32,000 bases of DNA from Halalkalibacterium halodurans (GCF_004376175.1 NZ_SNUY01000035.1:10337-42336); one strand, 5' to 3'; numbered from the stretch's first letter, positions 11,271 through 22,268 are shown. Translations and numbers: made by a program. Notes: generated by a model not told the origin, from the sequence alone.

Positions 11271-11383
11271 TTATCCACATGTGCAAAACTAGTAAAATAA
11301 CGTTTTTTCTCTTGTTATCCACAAACTCACAAGCCCTATTACTAGTACTTCTATATTTAAATATAAATAGATTAATAATAAAA
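11271..11383 (+). promoter_or_regulatory. oriC downstream part (incC-like): DnaA boxes, DnaA-trio-like element and AT-rich DUE
   Basis: Perfect TTATCCACA boxes at 11271-11279 and 11315-11323, plus a weak TGTGGGGAA at 11231-11239. A GCCC cluster is followed by CTA TTA CTA GTA CTT CTA (11336-11353). Its complement reads 3'-GAT AAT GAT CAT GAA GAT-5', which is the DnaA-trio pattern. A ~30-nt A/T-only stretch follows (11354-11383). Confidence 0.8.
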
Positions 11384-11397
11384 GGAGTCTTATTACG

Positions 11398-12540
11398 ATG
11401 CATTTTGTCATTGACCGAGACATTTTTGTCCAAAATGTCAATCACGTATCAAAAGCTGTCAGTTCACGGACAACGATTCCGATTTTAACAGGAATTAAAA
11501 TTGTTGCAGATCATGAAGGGGTTACGCTCACAGGTAGCGATTCTGATATTTCGATTGAAACGTTCATCCCTCTGGAAGAAGGGGATCGTCAAAATGTTGA
11601 AGTTAAACAAGAAGGGAGTATTGTCCTTCAAGCGAAAGTCTTTGCAGAGATTGTCAAAAAGCTCCCGGAACAAGAAATTGAAATTCATGTTCAAGATTCA
11701 TTTGTTACAACGATTCGATCTGGTTCTTCCGTCTTTAATTTAAACGGCTTAGACCCAGATGAATATCCTAGGCTTCCTGTACTAGAGGAAGATCACGTCT
11801 TTCGACTTCCGCAAAAAATTTTAAAAGACATCATTCGACAAACTGTGTTTGCTGTGTCCGCTCAGGAAACACGACCAGTGTTGACAGGTGTGAACTTTGA
11901 AATAGAAGACGGCATTCTCACCTGTACTGCAACAGATAGCCACCGCTTGGCGATGCGCAAAGTTCCGGTAGAAAAAAACGATGACGAGTTGCAATTTTCA
12001 AACGTCGTTATCCCTGGAAAAAGCTTGAATGAATTGAGCAAAATTTTAGATGAAAATGAAGAGCTACTTGATATTGTCGTAACAGAAAATCAAACCCTTT
12101 TTAAGTTAAAAAACATGTTATTTTTCTCTAGATTGCTTGAAGGAAAGTACCCTGTGACGAAAAATATGATTCCGAAAGAAGCAAAAACATCATTCGCTGT
12201 TCATACAAAGGCCTTTTTACAAACGTTAGAGCGTGCTCTTCTCCTTTCGAGAGAGGGTAAAAACCAAGTGATTAACTTAAAAACATTAGGAGATGGTGTC
12301 GTAGAAGTTACGGCGATTACACCTGAAATTGGAAAAGTAACTGAAAATGTGGCGACTCAAGGCTTAGAAGGGGAAGAATTAAGAATTTCGTTCAACGGGA
12401 AAAATGTCATTGATGCGCTTAAAGTCGTTGACTCTGAAAGCATCCATATTGCGTTTACCGGTGCGATGAGTCCATTTGTATTAAGCCCAACCGATCACGA
12501 TCAATCACTTCATCTTTTCTCACCTGTGCGCACGTACTAG
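11398..12540 (+). CDS. dnaN: DNA polymerase III beta sliding clamp
   Basis: 380 aa in the conserved position after dnaA, with a typical N-terminus (F.I.R..F...V..V.KAVS.RTTIPILTGIKI). Confidence 0.97.
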   Translation: MHFVIDRDIFVQNVNHVSKAVSSRTTIPILTGIKIVADHEGVTLTGSDSDISIETFIPLEEGDRQNVEVKQEGSIVLQAKVFAEIVKKLPEQEIEIHVQDSFVTTIRSGSSVFNLNGLDPDEYPRLPVLEEDHVFRLPQKILKDIIRQTVFAVSAQETRPVLTGVNFEIEDGILTCTATDSHRLAMRKVPVEKNDDELQFSNVVIPGKSLNELSKILDENEELLDIVVTENQTLFKLKNMLFFSRLLEGKYPVTKNMIPKEAKTSFAVHTKAFLQTLERALLLSREGKNQVINLKTLGDGVVEVTAITPEIGKVTENVATQGLEGEELRISFNGKNVIDALKVVDSESIHIAFTGAMSPFVLSPTDHDQSLHLFSPVRTY

Positions 12541-12647
12541 GGAATCGTCCGCGCCAGTAGAGGAATAGAAGGAAAGGTATTGGCGAGCGCTCAATAGTTT
12601 AGTACAATAGAAAAAGAGACAAACGGTTAGATCATAACGGACACAAG

Positions 12648-12685
12648 TAAGACAGCACTTCGACTGGAATGCTGTCTTATCTTTG
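12648..12685 (+). terminator. Intrinsic terminator after dnaN
   Basis: Arms TAAGACAGCA and TGCTGTCTTA followed by TCTTT. Confidence 0.6.
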
Positions 12686-12723
12686 CTAATGAGGCATTTG
12701 TCACGAAGAAAGCGAGGTCAATC

Positions 12724-12945
12724 ATGTCACAACAACTACCAATAACCACATCGTACATTACGTTAGGTCAGCTGTTAAAAGAGGTCGGAGTGATTGATAC
12801 AGGTGGAATGGCGAAATGGTATCTCGCCGAACACGAAGTATTGGTCAATGGAGAGTCTGAGGATAGACGAGGGAAAAAGCTCTTCTCAGGGGATTCCGTT
12901 ACGCTGGCTGATGGGACTGTCATCGATTTGGTTGATGCGGAATAG
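12724..12945 (+). CDS. yaaA: S4-domain RNA-binding protein YaaA
   Basis: 73-aa ORF between dnaN and recF, as in Bacillus. S4-like pattern ITLGQLLK...VLVNGE...RRGKKL..GD.V. Confidence 0.85.
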   Translation: MSQQLPITTSYITLGQLLKEVGVIDTGGMAKWYLAEHEVLVNGESEDRRGKKLFSGDSVTLADGTVIDLVDAE

Positions 12946-12956
12946 AGGGTACGAAC

Positions 12957-14072
12957 GTGCACATTGAGCGATTAACGCTAAAGCAGTTTCGTAATTATGA
13001 TGAACTCGACGTATCGTTTGAACCGAACGTAAATGTGATCATCGGTGAAAATGCTCAAGGGAAGACGAATGTGATTGAGGCGATTTATTTTTTAGCACTG
13101 GCGAAATCACATCGCACCGCTCGTGACAAGGAGCTCATTCAGTGGGAAGCACCTTTTGCAAGAATCGAGGGGGCGTTTCAAAAACAGAACGGTCCACTTT
13201 CGTTACATGTTGTCCTTTCAGGAAAAGGGAAAAAAGTAAAGGTTAACGGACTTGAACAACGGAGGCTAAGTGATTACATCGGTGCCGTAAACGTCGTCAT
13301 GTTCGGCCCAGAAGATTTGAATCTCGTGAAAGGTAGTCCGCAAATTAGGCGGCGCTTTCTCGACATGGAGTTAGGCCAAATGAGCCCTGTTTATTTACAT
13401 CAGCTCGCAATGTACCAAAAAATCCTTTTACAGCGTAACCATTTGTTAAAGCAGCTCTTTGGCAAAGCGAATTCTGCCCCGATGCTCGACGTACTCACAG
13501 ACCAACTGATTGAAGTAGCTGTAGAGGTGACGAAAAAGCGGTTTGAATTCATTCAACTGCTCCAACGATGGGCGGAAGAAATCCATCAGGCCATTTCTAG
13601 AGGGAAAGAGAAACTAGTGATTACGTATGAACCGTCCGTTCACGTATCAGAACAGTTGAATTTGTCGAAACTAAGAGAAGGATTCTATGAGGCGTACGAA
13701 CAAAAGAAAGAGCGAGAACGACAAAGGGGAACGACATTATTCGGACCGCACCGGGATGACCTTGTGTTTTTTGTGAATGACAAGGACGTTCAGACGTACG
13801 GCTCCCAAGGTCAACAACGGACGACGGCTCTCTCCTTAAAGCTAGCAGAAATTGAATTGATGAAAGAGACGATTGGGGACTACCCGATCTTACTGTTAGA
13901 TGATGTGTTATCAGAGCTTGATGATTACCGGCAATCCCATTTGCTCCATGCGATTCAACATCGAGTACAAACGTTCGTGACAACGACAAATGTGGATGGG
14001 ATTGATCATCAAACCTTACAGGAAGCAACGATCTATGAAGTAGAGCAAGGGTCGTTGAAAAAGAAGGGATAG
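12957..14072 (+). CDS. recF: DNA replication and repair protein RecF
   Basis: 371 aa. GTG start. Contains Walker [10 protein letters not shown], signature GSQGQQRT and Walker [12 protein letters not shown]. Confidence 0.95.
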   Translation: MHIERLTLKQFRNYDELDVSFEPNVNVIIGENAQGKTNVIEAIYFLALAKSHRTARDKELIQWEAPFARIEGAFQKQNGPLSLHVVLSGKGKKVKVNGLEQRRLSDYIGAVNVVMFGPEDLNLVKGSPQIRRRFLDMELGQMSPVYLHQLAMYQKILLQRNHLLKQLFGKANSAPMLDVLTDQLIEVAVEVTKKRFEFIQLLQRWAEEIHQAISRGKEKLVITYEPSVHVSEQLNLSKLREGFYEAYEQKKERERQRGTTLFGPHRDDLVFFVNDKDVQTYGSQGQQRTTALSLKLAEIELMKETIGDYPILLLDDVLSELDDYRQSHLLHAIQHRVQTFVTTTNVDGIDHQTLQEATIYEVEQGSLKKKG

Positions 14073-14082
14073 GTGATAGCTC

Positions 14083-14352
14083 GTGTTTATTCATTTAGGC
14101 GGAGATCATGTCATTCGATCAAAAGACGTGATCGCGATTTTAGATCGTGATATGGAGCAGTCCTCGGGTGTGACGAAGGAGTATTTAGAGCATCACCAAA
14201 AGAATGGGAATATTGTTACGATATCATCTGATCTTATTAAATCGATCGTCGTTACACCAGATACGATCTATTACTCGCCGATTTCATCGGTTACGCTAAA
14301 ACGTCGATCTCATGCCGTTTCAGAGCTTGATCGTTTTGGAGAAGAGGAATAA
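14083..14352 (+). CDS. remB: DUF370 protein RemB/YaaB
   Basis: 89-aa ORF (MFIHLGGDHVIRSKDVIAILD...) in the conserved slot between recF and gyrB. Confidence 0.85.
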   Translation: MFIHLGGDHVIRSKDVIAILDRDMEQSSGVTKEYLEHHQKNGNIVTISSDLIKSIVVTPDTIYYSPISSVTLKRRSHAVSELDRFGEEE

Positions 14353-14418
14353 GGTGCTCATTTGCAAGTGATAAGAGAAATAACTGAACGCATGTATGCG
14401 TAGTGGAAGCGAAGGTGA

Positions 14419-16338
<1,920 letters not shown>

Positions 16339-16359
16339 CGGGGAGATGGAGGTTTAAAA

Positions 16360-18861
16360 ATGGCAGAGCAAGATCAATCAAGAGTAAAAGAAATCAATAT
16401 TAGTCAAGAGATGAAGACATCGTTCATGGATTATGCCATGAGTGTTATTGTGAGCCGTGCTCTCCCCGATGTGCGAGATGGAATGAAGCCTGTACATCGT
16501 CGGATTTTATATGCCATGAATGAGCTCGGGATGACATCCGATAAGGCATACAAAAAGTCAGCTCGAATCGTCGGTGAAGTCATCGGGAAATATCATCCGC
16601 ATGGTGATTCAGCGGTCTATGAAACGATGGTGCGGATGGCGCAAGATTTTAGCTATCGCTACATGCTTGTCGATGGTCACGGTAACTTCGGTTCGATTGA
16701 TGGGGATGCGGCTGCCGCGATGCGTTATACGGAAGCGCGGATGTCGAAGATTTCCATGGAACTCGTGCGAGACATTAATAAAGACACGATCGATTATCAA
16801 GATAACTATGACGGATCGGAAAAAGAGCCAGTTGTCATGCCGTCTAGATTCCCGAATTTACTTGTTAATGGTGCTTCTGGAATTGCAGTGGGAATGGCTA
16901 CCAATATTCCACCACACCAATTAGGTGAAGTGATCGATGGTGTTCTTGCTTTAAGTAAAAACCCAGACATTAGTGTGCCTGAATTGATGGAACATATTCC
17001 TGGTCCTGATTTTCCGACAGGTGCTGAAATTCTTGGCCGCTCCGGTATTCGTAAAGCGTATCAGACGGGTCGTGGATCGATCACTCTCCGTGCGAAGACA
17101 GAGATTGAAGAGCATCATGGGAAACAGCGAATCATTGTTCATGAAATTCCATACCAGGTAAACAAAGCGAAGTTAATTGAAAAAATAGCCGAACTCGTAC
17201 GTGACAAAAAAATTGACGGCATCACCGATTTACGGGATGAGTCAGACCGTAACGGGATGCGGATCGTCATTGAAGTCCGAAAAGATGCCAATGCCAACGT
17301 GCTGTTAAATAACTTATACAAGCAAACAGCTTTACAAACGAGCTTTGGGATCAATTTACTCGCGCTCGTCGATGGCCAGCCGAAAGTATTAAACTTGAAA
17401 GAGTGCCTCGAGCATTACCTTGCTCATCAAGTCATCGTGATTCGTCGTCGCACGGCTTTTGAGCTTCGGAAGGCAGAGGCCCGGGCCCATATTTTAGAAG
17501 GATTACGCATAGCATTAGATCATCTCGATGAAGTGATTTCACTCATCCGCAGCTCACAAACAACGGAAATCGCTCGTAACGGTTTAATGGAGCGTTTCGA
17601 ACTAAGCTATGAACAAGCACAAGCGATCCTTGATATGAGGCTCCAACGATTAACCGGATTAGAACGGGATAAAATCGAAGCGGAGTACAAAGAGCTTATC
17701 GAGCGAATTGCTGAGCTAAAGGCGATTTTAGCTGATCACGAAAAAGTGTTAGACATTATTCGTGAGGAGCTGCTTGAATTAAAGGAAAAATACAATGATG
17801 AACGGAAAACGGCCATTTCCGCAAGTGAGGATATGTTTGAGGATGAGGACTTGATTCCTCGCCAAAACGTGGTCATCACATTGACTCATCATGGCTATAT
17901 CAAACGTTTGCCGATTTCGACGTACCGTAGTCAAAAGCGGGGCGGTCGCGGAATTCAGGGGATGGGAACGAACGAGGATGACTTTGTTCAACACTTGTTT
18001 ACAACGAACTCCCACCATACGATTTTATTCTTTACGAACAAAGGGAAAGTCTATCGTCTAAAAGGATATGAAATTCCTGAACTCGGGCGGACAGCAAAAG
18101 GAATTCCGATTATCAACTTGCTGCAAATTGAACAAGACGAGTATATTAGCACCATTATTCCGATTGAAGAGTTTACGGAGGATCATTATCTCTTCTTTAT
18201 GACGAAAGATGGGATTGCGAAACGCACCCAGTTATCGTCGTTTGCCAATATTCGACGTGGCGGACTGTTTGCGATTAACTTGCGTGAAGGAGATGAGCTC
18301 CACGGTGTTCGTTTAACGAACGGTGACAAGGAGGTCATTGTTGGGACACGACAAGGAATGGCGATTCGCTTCCACGAGACCGATGTCCGTTTGATGGGAC
18401 GTACGGCCACTGGGGTCAAAGGGATATCCCTCACAGGAGACGACCATGTCGTAGGAATGGATATTGTCGAGGATGGTCAAGATGTATTGATTGTTACCGA
18501 GAAAGGGTTTGGTAAACGGACGCCAATCGCCGATTACCGGATTCAAACTCGTGGCGGTAAAGGAATTAAGACGTGCAACATTACAGAAAAGAATGGCCCG
18601 CTCGTATCATTGAAGGTAGTATCGGTGGATCATGACCTCATGATCATTACAGCTAGCGGCATCATCATTCGTCTACATGTTAAAGATATTTCTGTCACTG
18701 GACGGATTACCCAAGGAGTCACGTTGATTCGTGTAGCTGAGGGGGAAGAGGTTGCAACAGTTGCTCGTGTCGATATCGAAGACGATGAGCTAGATGAAGA
18801 TGAGTCGATCGAAGAGGAACGTGATGATCAAAGTGAAGTAGAACAAGGTGAGAATGAGTAA
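16360..18861 (+). CDS. gyrA: DNA gyrase subunit A
   Basis: 833 aa with the QRDR segment [14 protein letters not shown], the active-site region [10 protein letters not shown], and an acidic C-terminal tail. Confidence 0.98.
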   Translation: MAEQDQSRVKEINISQEMKTSFMDYAMSVIVSRALPDVRDGMKPVHRRILYAMNELGMTSDKAYKKSARIVGEVIGKYHPHGDSAVYETMVRMAQDFSYRYMLVDGHGNFGSIDGDAAAAMRYTEARMSKISMELVRDINKDTIDYQDNYDGSEKEPVVMPSRFPNLLVNGASGIAVGMATNIPPHQLGEVIDGVLALSKNPDISVPELMEHIPGPDFPTGAEILGRSGIRKAYQTGRGSITLRAKTEIEEHHGKQRIIVHEIPYQVNKAKLIEKIAELVRDKKIDGITDLRDESDRNGMRIVIEVRKDANANVLLNNLYKQTALQTSFGINLLALVDGQPKVLNLKECLEHYLAHQVIVIRRRTAFELRKAEARAHILEGLRIALDHLDEVISLIRSSQTTEIARNGLMERFELSYEQAQAILDMRLQRLTGLERDKIEAEYKELIERIAELKAILADHEKVLDIIREELLELKEKYNDERKTAISASEDMFEDEDLIPRQNVVITLTHHGYIKRLPISTYRSQKRGGRGIQGMGTNEDDFVQHLFTTNSHHTILFFTNKGKVYRLKGYEIPELGRTAKGIPIINLLQIEQDEYISTIIPIEEFTEDHYLFFMTKDGIAKRTQLSSFANIRRGGLFAINLREGDELHGVRLTNGDKEVIVGTRQGMAIRFHETDVRLMGRTATGVKGISLTGDDHVVGMDIVEDGQDVLIVTEKGFGKRTPIADYRIQTRGGKGIKTCNITEKNGPLVSLKVVSVDHDLMIITASGIIIRLHVKDISVTGRITQGVTLIRVAEGEEVATVARVDIEDDELDEDESIEEERDDQSEVEQGENE

Positions 18862-18865
18862 AACA

Positions 18866-18906
18866 AAGGTACCTGTACGTCTATGGACGCGCAGGCACCT
18901 TTTTTG
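18866..18906 (+). terminator. Intrinsic terminator after gyrA
   Basis: Arms GGTACCTGTACGTC and GACGCGCAGGCACC (with G-U pairs) followed by TTTTTT. Confidence 0.7.
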
Positions 18907-18998
18907 TCTTCAAAAAGGGAACAAGCGGCAGGGAGCTAGTAATAACAGACTTCACATAGAATTAGGTATTTTTACTCAATCTATAAGTCCTAAAAAGA

Positions 18999-19028
18999 TA
19001 GACTTTTCTCTCTTTATCTAGGTATAAT
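18999..19028 (+). promoter_or_regulatory. Possible sigma-A promoter for the HD-GYP gene
   Basis: TAGACT (18999-19004), an 18-nt spacer, then TATAAT (19023-19028). The -10 element lies 28 nt upstream of the GTG start. Confidence 0.35.
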
Positions 19029-19056
19029 GGTTTAAAAGTGTAAAGGTGAGATTAAC

Positions 19057-20139
19057 GTGAAGGTTAAATTGAACCAACTCGTTCCAGGTTGCATCGTCTT
19101 GAAACCAATTATGGCAGAAACAACGACTCCTCTTTATAAAGAGAAAACAGTTCTAACAGCGGAAGATATCCAAACCCTTTCGAAATTCCTAATAGATGAA
19201 ATTGAAGTGGAGAACGTACTTGCGAATGGGGAAAAGTTTATCCCTTCCGATAACGGCTTAGGGGCCGAGGCAGCTGCCCTAATGGAAACAGGTGATCGCT
19301 TTAAGGATCGTTACATGCAAGCTGTCGCTAACTATAAGCAAGTATTTCAGGAGTGGGCAGCTGGGACCCCTGTAGAGATGAAACGTGTTCGCCACATCTT
19401 GTTACCTTTGTTTGAAGAAATCGTAGAGAAAAAAGAAGTGTTGCTTCAACTTCATCACTACAGCACGAAAGAAGATTATTTGTATCATCATGCAGTATCC
19501 GTTGGACTTCTCTCAGCGTTTCTCGGTGCCAAGTTAGGTTATGAGAAAGGGGAATGGCTAAAAATAGCGTTAGCTGGAGCACTTGCAGACTGTGGAATGG
19601 CAAAGTTACCGACGTCTCTTTTGACGAAAAACGGATTATATACACTGAAAGAAAAGCATGAAATGCGTGATCATCCGAAATACAGTTATCAAATGTTGAA
19701 AAAGAGGCCTGGAATCGATGGTTCCCTTTTGTCAGCAGTATTACAGCATCATGAACGAGAAGACGGCACAGGATACCCTCTTGGCGTAAGAGGACAAAAA
19801 ATTCATTTTTACGCTCAAATTCTTGCAGTAGCAGATGTCTATCATGCCATGATCTCGGAGCGAAAGTATCGGAAAAAGAAATCACCCTATATGGTGTTGG
19901 AGGATCTCGCAAAGGAGCGATTCGGCAAGTTCAATCCTCATATTGTCCATGTTCTCGTATCTCAGTTAACCCAGCTTTCGGTTCGGACAAGTGTACGCTT
20001 AACCAATAATCGTCTCGGTGAAATCGTCTTTATCGACCCGATGGCACCAACTCGTCCGATGGTACAATTGCAAAATGGTGAGATGATTTATTTAATGAAA
20101 AATTATACTGTGCACATAGAGGATGTGCTTCTTTCATGA
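19057..20139 (+). CDS. HD-GYP domain protein with N-terminal DUF3391-like domain; HD dyad degenerate (AD)
   Basis: 360 aa. GTG start with AAAGGTGAG SD. Motifs in order: YHHAVSVG, ALADCGMAKL (where HDIGK is expected), HPKYSYQML, LQHHEREDGTGYPLG and VADVYHAM. Confidence 0.85.
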   Translation: MKVKLNQLVPGCIVLKPIMAETTTPLYKEKTVLTAEDIQTLSKFLIDEIEVENVLANGEKFIPSDNGLGAEAAALMETGDRFKDRYMQAVANYKQVFQEWAAGTPVEMKRVRHILLPLFEEIVEKKEVLLQLHHYSTKEDYLYHHAVSVGLLSAFLGAKLGYEKGEWLKIALAGALADCGMAKLPTSLLTKNGLYTLKEKHEMRDHPKYSYQMLKKRPGIDGSLLSAVLQHHEREDGTGYPLGVRGQKIHFYAQILAVADVYHAMISERKYRKKKSPYMVLEDLAKERFGKFNPHIVHVLVSQLTQLSVRTSVRLTNNRLGEIVFIDPMAPTRPMVQLQNGEMIYLMKNYTVHIEDVLLS

Positions 20140-20155
20140 TCATAGGGTTAGAACA

Positions 20156-20198
20156 AAACGAAGACTGACGCAACTAGCATGAAGTCAGTCTTCGTTGT
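20156..20198. terminator. Bidirectional intrinsic terminator between convergent genes
   Basis: Arms AAACGAAGACTGAC and GTCAGTCTTCGTT, flanked by A-rich sequence upstream and T-rich sequence downstream. Confidence 0.7.
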
Positions 20199-20263
20199 TA
20201 GCATAGAATATTGAGTAACGATTAAGTGCATCTATGTCTCTGATGTTACTAAAGGAGTTTTCT

Positions 20264-21073
20264 TTATATGCCAAGGATTTGCTTCTTTTTAGCGTTAAAT
20301 TCTTCTTCGGAAATGATGCCATCATCCAGTAGTTCTTTATATTTTTTAAGCTCATCAGCACCAGAGGTAGACGATGATTGAATTTGCGGCGCATACAATT
20401 GGTTTTGGTACGATTCAATCAAAGCCTTTGCCCTTTTAAAGTCTTCGAATTGAGCATCATTAGCAATGCTAATTGTATTTTGATCATCGAGTGCATTGAA
20501 GGTGCTCCTGCTTTGATTTTCAAGCGACCCTTGGAACGTAAACTGGATATATCCAACTGTTATTTTTCCCATTTTTTTTAATTGGATGCTACTAATTGAA
20601 CGAATACTTATCGTCTTTTCTCCTCGACCTCTCCTATGGAGCCAATTATAAATAATCTTTATTGCCTCAGGTGTAACGATTAACGTCCCATTCTTCCCTT
20701 CAAAAACATCCTCTCGCCATCCTTCTCCTTTTTCGTTTTGTTCACTTACTAGTTTTTGCTCATGTTGGAACGATTCTATTAATGCTTTTGCCTGTTCGAA
20801 CTGTTTATATTGGGCTTCATCATTGATCATGATCGAATGTTCATCACCCATTGCAGCCAATGCACCTTTTTTCTTTTTCGAGCCCTCTAGAATAAGTTGA
20901 ATGTACCCTTGTGCCAAAAACCTTGGCTTTTTAAGCTCTATGCTCTGAATAGACTCAAGGATAATCTCCTTTTCGCCTTCCCCTTTAGAGTGTCGATTGC
21001 CGTAGATGATTTTCACTGTTTCGGGGGTAACGACTATTGCTCCGTTCCAGCCTTCAAACATTTGTTCACTCAA
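20264..21073 (-). CDS. Protein with two tandem DUF4429 / bacterial PH-like repeats and a C-terminal SHOCT domain
   Basis: 269 aa. TTG start with GAGGAGG SD. Repeat 1 (FEGWNGAIVVTPETVKIIY...GYIQLILEG...AKALIESFQ) and repeat 2 (FEGKNGTLIVTPEAIKIIY...GYIQFTFQG...AKALIESYQ) align by eye. The C-terminus ELKKYKELLDDGIISEEEFNAKKKQILG is a SHOCT motif. Confidence 0.8.
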   Translation of the reverse strand: MSEQMFEGWNGAIVVTPETVKIIYGNRHSKGEGEKEIILESIQSIELKKPRFLAQGYIQLILEGSKKKKGALAAMGDEHSIMINDEAQYKQFEQAKALIESFQHEQKLVSEQNEKGEGWREDVFEGKNGTLIVTPEAIKIIYNWLHRRGRGEKTISIRSISSIQLKKMGKITVGYIQFTFQGSLENQSRSTFNALDDQNTISIANDAQFEDFKRAKALIESYQNQLYAPQIQSSSTSGADELKKYKELLDDGIISEEEFNAKKKQILGI

Positions 21074-21152
21074 AGGAATTCCTCCTCTGCATCATTTCTC
21101 TATTTTTAATACTAACATATCTTGCATTTTTTAGATTGAATGATCTGATCGT

Positions 21153-21196
21153 TGGCACAGATCTGGCACAAACGAGGCACAATCCTGGCAGAGCAT
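21153..21196 (+). repeat. Four direct repeats phased at exactly 11 bp (TGGCACA core) in the divergent control region
   Basis: TGGCACAgatc (21153), TGGCACAaacg (21164), AGGCACAatcc (21175), TGGCAGAgcat (21186). Positions were cross-checked against ORF-track frames. Confidence 0.75.
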
Positions 21197-21409
21197 TTCG
21201 ATATTTCCCTAGTAACATGATAGTAAGCCCAAAAACGAAAAATGAGCCATGCATAAAAAATGATATAGGTGGGGGCCTTATGATTTGATTCGCTCATTTT
21301 AACTAACGGTGGGTTTGAAAGGAGGCGGTAGGTGCTGTAGGAAAGTCTCTGTTGCAAACAAATTCGCTCGTAAACTTTAAGGACCATACTAAAATTAGGA
21401 GGAATTCAA

Positions 21410-21829
21410 ATGACAGAAAAGCGATTTGCAGGAACGAGAATCGAAGTAAATGGGATCGTGGTAGCGAAAATTACATCCTTTACACATTCATTAGAGGTTG
21501 AGGAAGCGGATGTAACTGGTTTAGGTGACGTTGACGAAGGCAGCTCGGTGTTCAGGCAAAAATTTATTGCATCTGCTATTGGAGAGACGGCTGCAATGGA
21601 AGGGGTTGTACTTGTAGATGATGCAGGGCAATCAGAGTTAAAACGTGTAGCTGAGTCTGGGCAGGATGCAGTTGTGAAGCATACAGATGAAAATGGGAAT
21701 GGTTATGAGCTTACAGGCTTTTTTACAACTTATGAAGAAGAAGGTTCCATATCAGAAGGCGTTTACACGTTCAGCGGTGAGTTCCGTGTAAATGAAAAAA
21801 GCGTTGTAAGTGGTGATGAGAGTGCCTAA
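21410..21829 (+). CDS. Major tail (tube) protein, small TP901-1/phi13-like type
   Basis: 139 aa with AGGAGG SD 7 nt upstream. The size, beta-rich acidic composition and position immediately before the chaperone and tape-measure genes fit this role. The assignment rests on position and pattern only. Confidence 0.65.
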   Translation: MTEKRFAGTRIEVNGIVVAKITSFTHSLEVEEADVTGLGDVDEGSSVFRQKFIASAIGETAAMEGVVLVDDAGQSELKRVAESGQDAVVKHTDENGNGYELTGFFTTYEEEGSISEGVYTFSGEFRVNEKSVVSGDESA

Positions 21830-22268
21830 ACATACACAAGAAGAACGATTAAGCTTATTGGATCAAAAAGCAGAAGAACTATCACGAATTCAGCAAGACC
21901 AGCTCGTGGCCGATTATGATGAAGCGATAGCTGAACATGAAAACGGTGATAAGCCGAAATATGTAAAATTTGCCGGCGAATATTTTGAGATCTCAAAAGA
22001 AATGCCGTTCCGTTTTGCAACCTTTTACTTCCGCCATTGTGTTCGTAAAGTAAAAGGGAAGACGCAAATGGAAGTACCAGAAGATAAAATGTTTGAGTTT
22101 ATTGAATTGATGCTCGGAAAGAAGTTCTTAGAGCGATTAGAGCAATCGGATGCAGGGGTCCATTTCGTTTTTAAACATATTGTCCCTGACATTATGAGTA
22201 TGTGGGGATATGACGTCAAATCGGACAAGCCATCAGGTGGTCAAAAAAAAACCAAGACCCGCGGATAA
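21810..22268 (+). CDS. Tail assembly chaperone (G-like, zero-frame product)
   Basis: 152-aa acidic protein between the tube and tape-measure genes. It ends 16 nt after an A9 slippery run. Start is ambiguous (GTG 21810/21813, ATG 21816, GTG 21822). Confidence 0.7.
   Translation: MVMRVPKHTQEERLSLLDQKAEELSRIQQDQLVADYDEAIAEHENGDKPKYVKFAGEYFEISKEMPFRFATFYFRHCVRKVKGKTQMEVPEDKMFEFIELMLGKKFLERLEQSDAGVHFVFKHIVPDIMSMWGYDVKSDKPSGGQKKTKTRG

Noticed and set aside
19328-19912. 194-aa minus-strand ORF inside the HD-GYP gene, and the 157-aa ORF at 13621-14094 inside recF
   Set aside because: Both are antisense shadows of genes with clear family motifs. Neither has an SD or a recognisable motif.
21112-21387. 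91-aa minus-strand ORF with CxxC-like C-terminus (RLCQICANDQIIQSKKCKIC), which could be read as a small zinc-ribbon or membrane protein upstream of the SHOCT gene
   Set aside because: The Cys codons come from the 11-bp-phased TGTGCC (reverse of GGCACA) DNA repeats, which fall in different frames. There is no SD before either candidate ATG (21387 or 21297). It is better explained as regulatory DNA.
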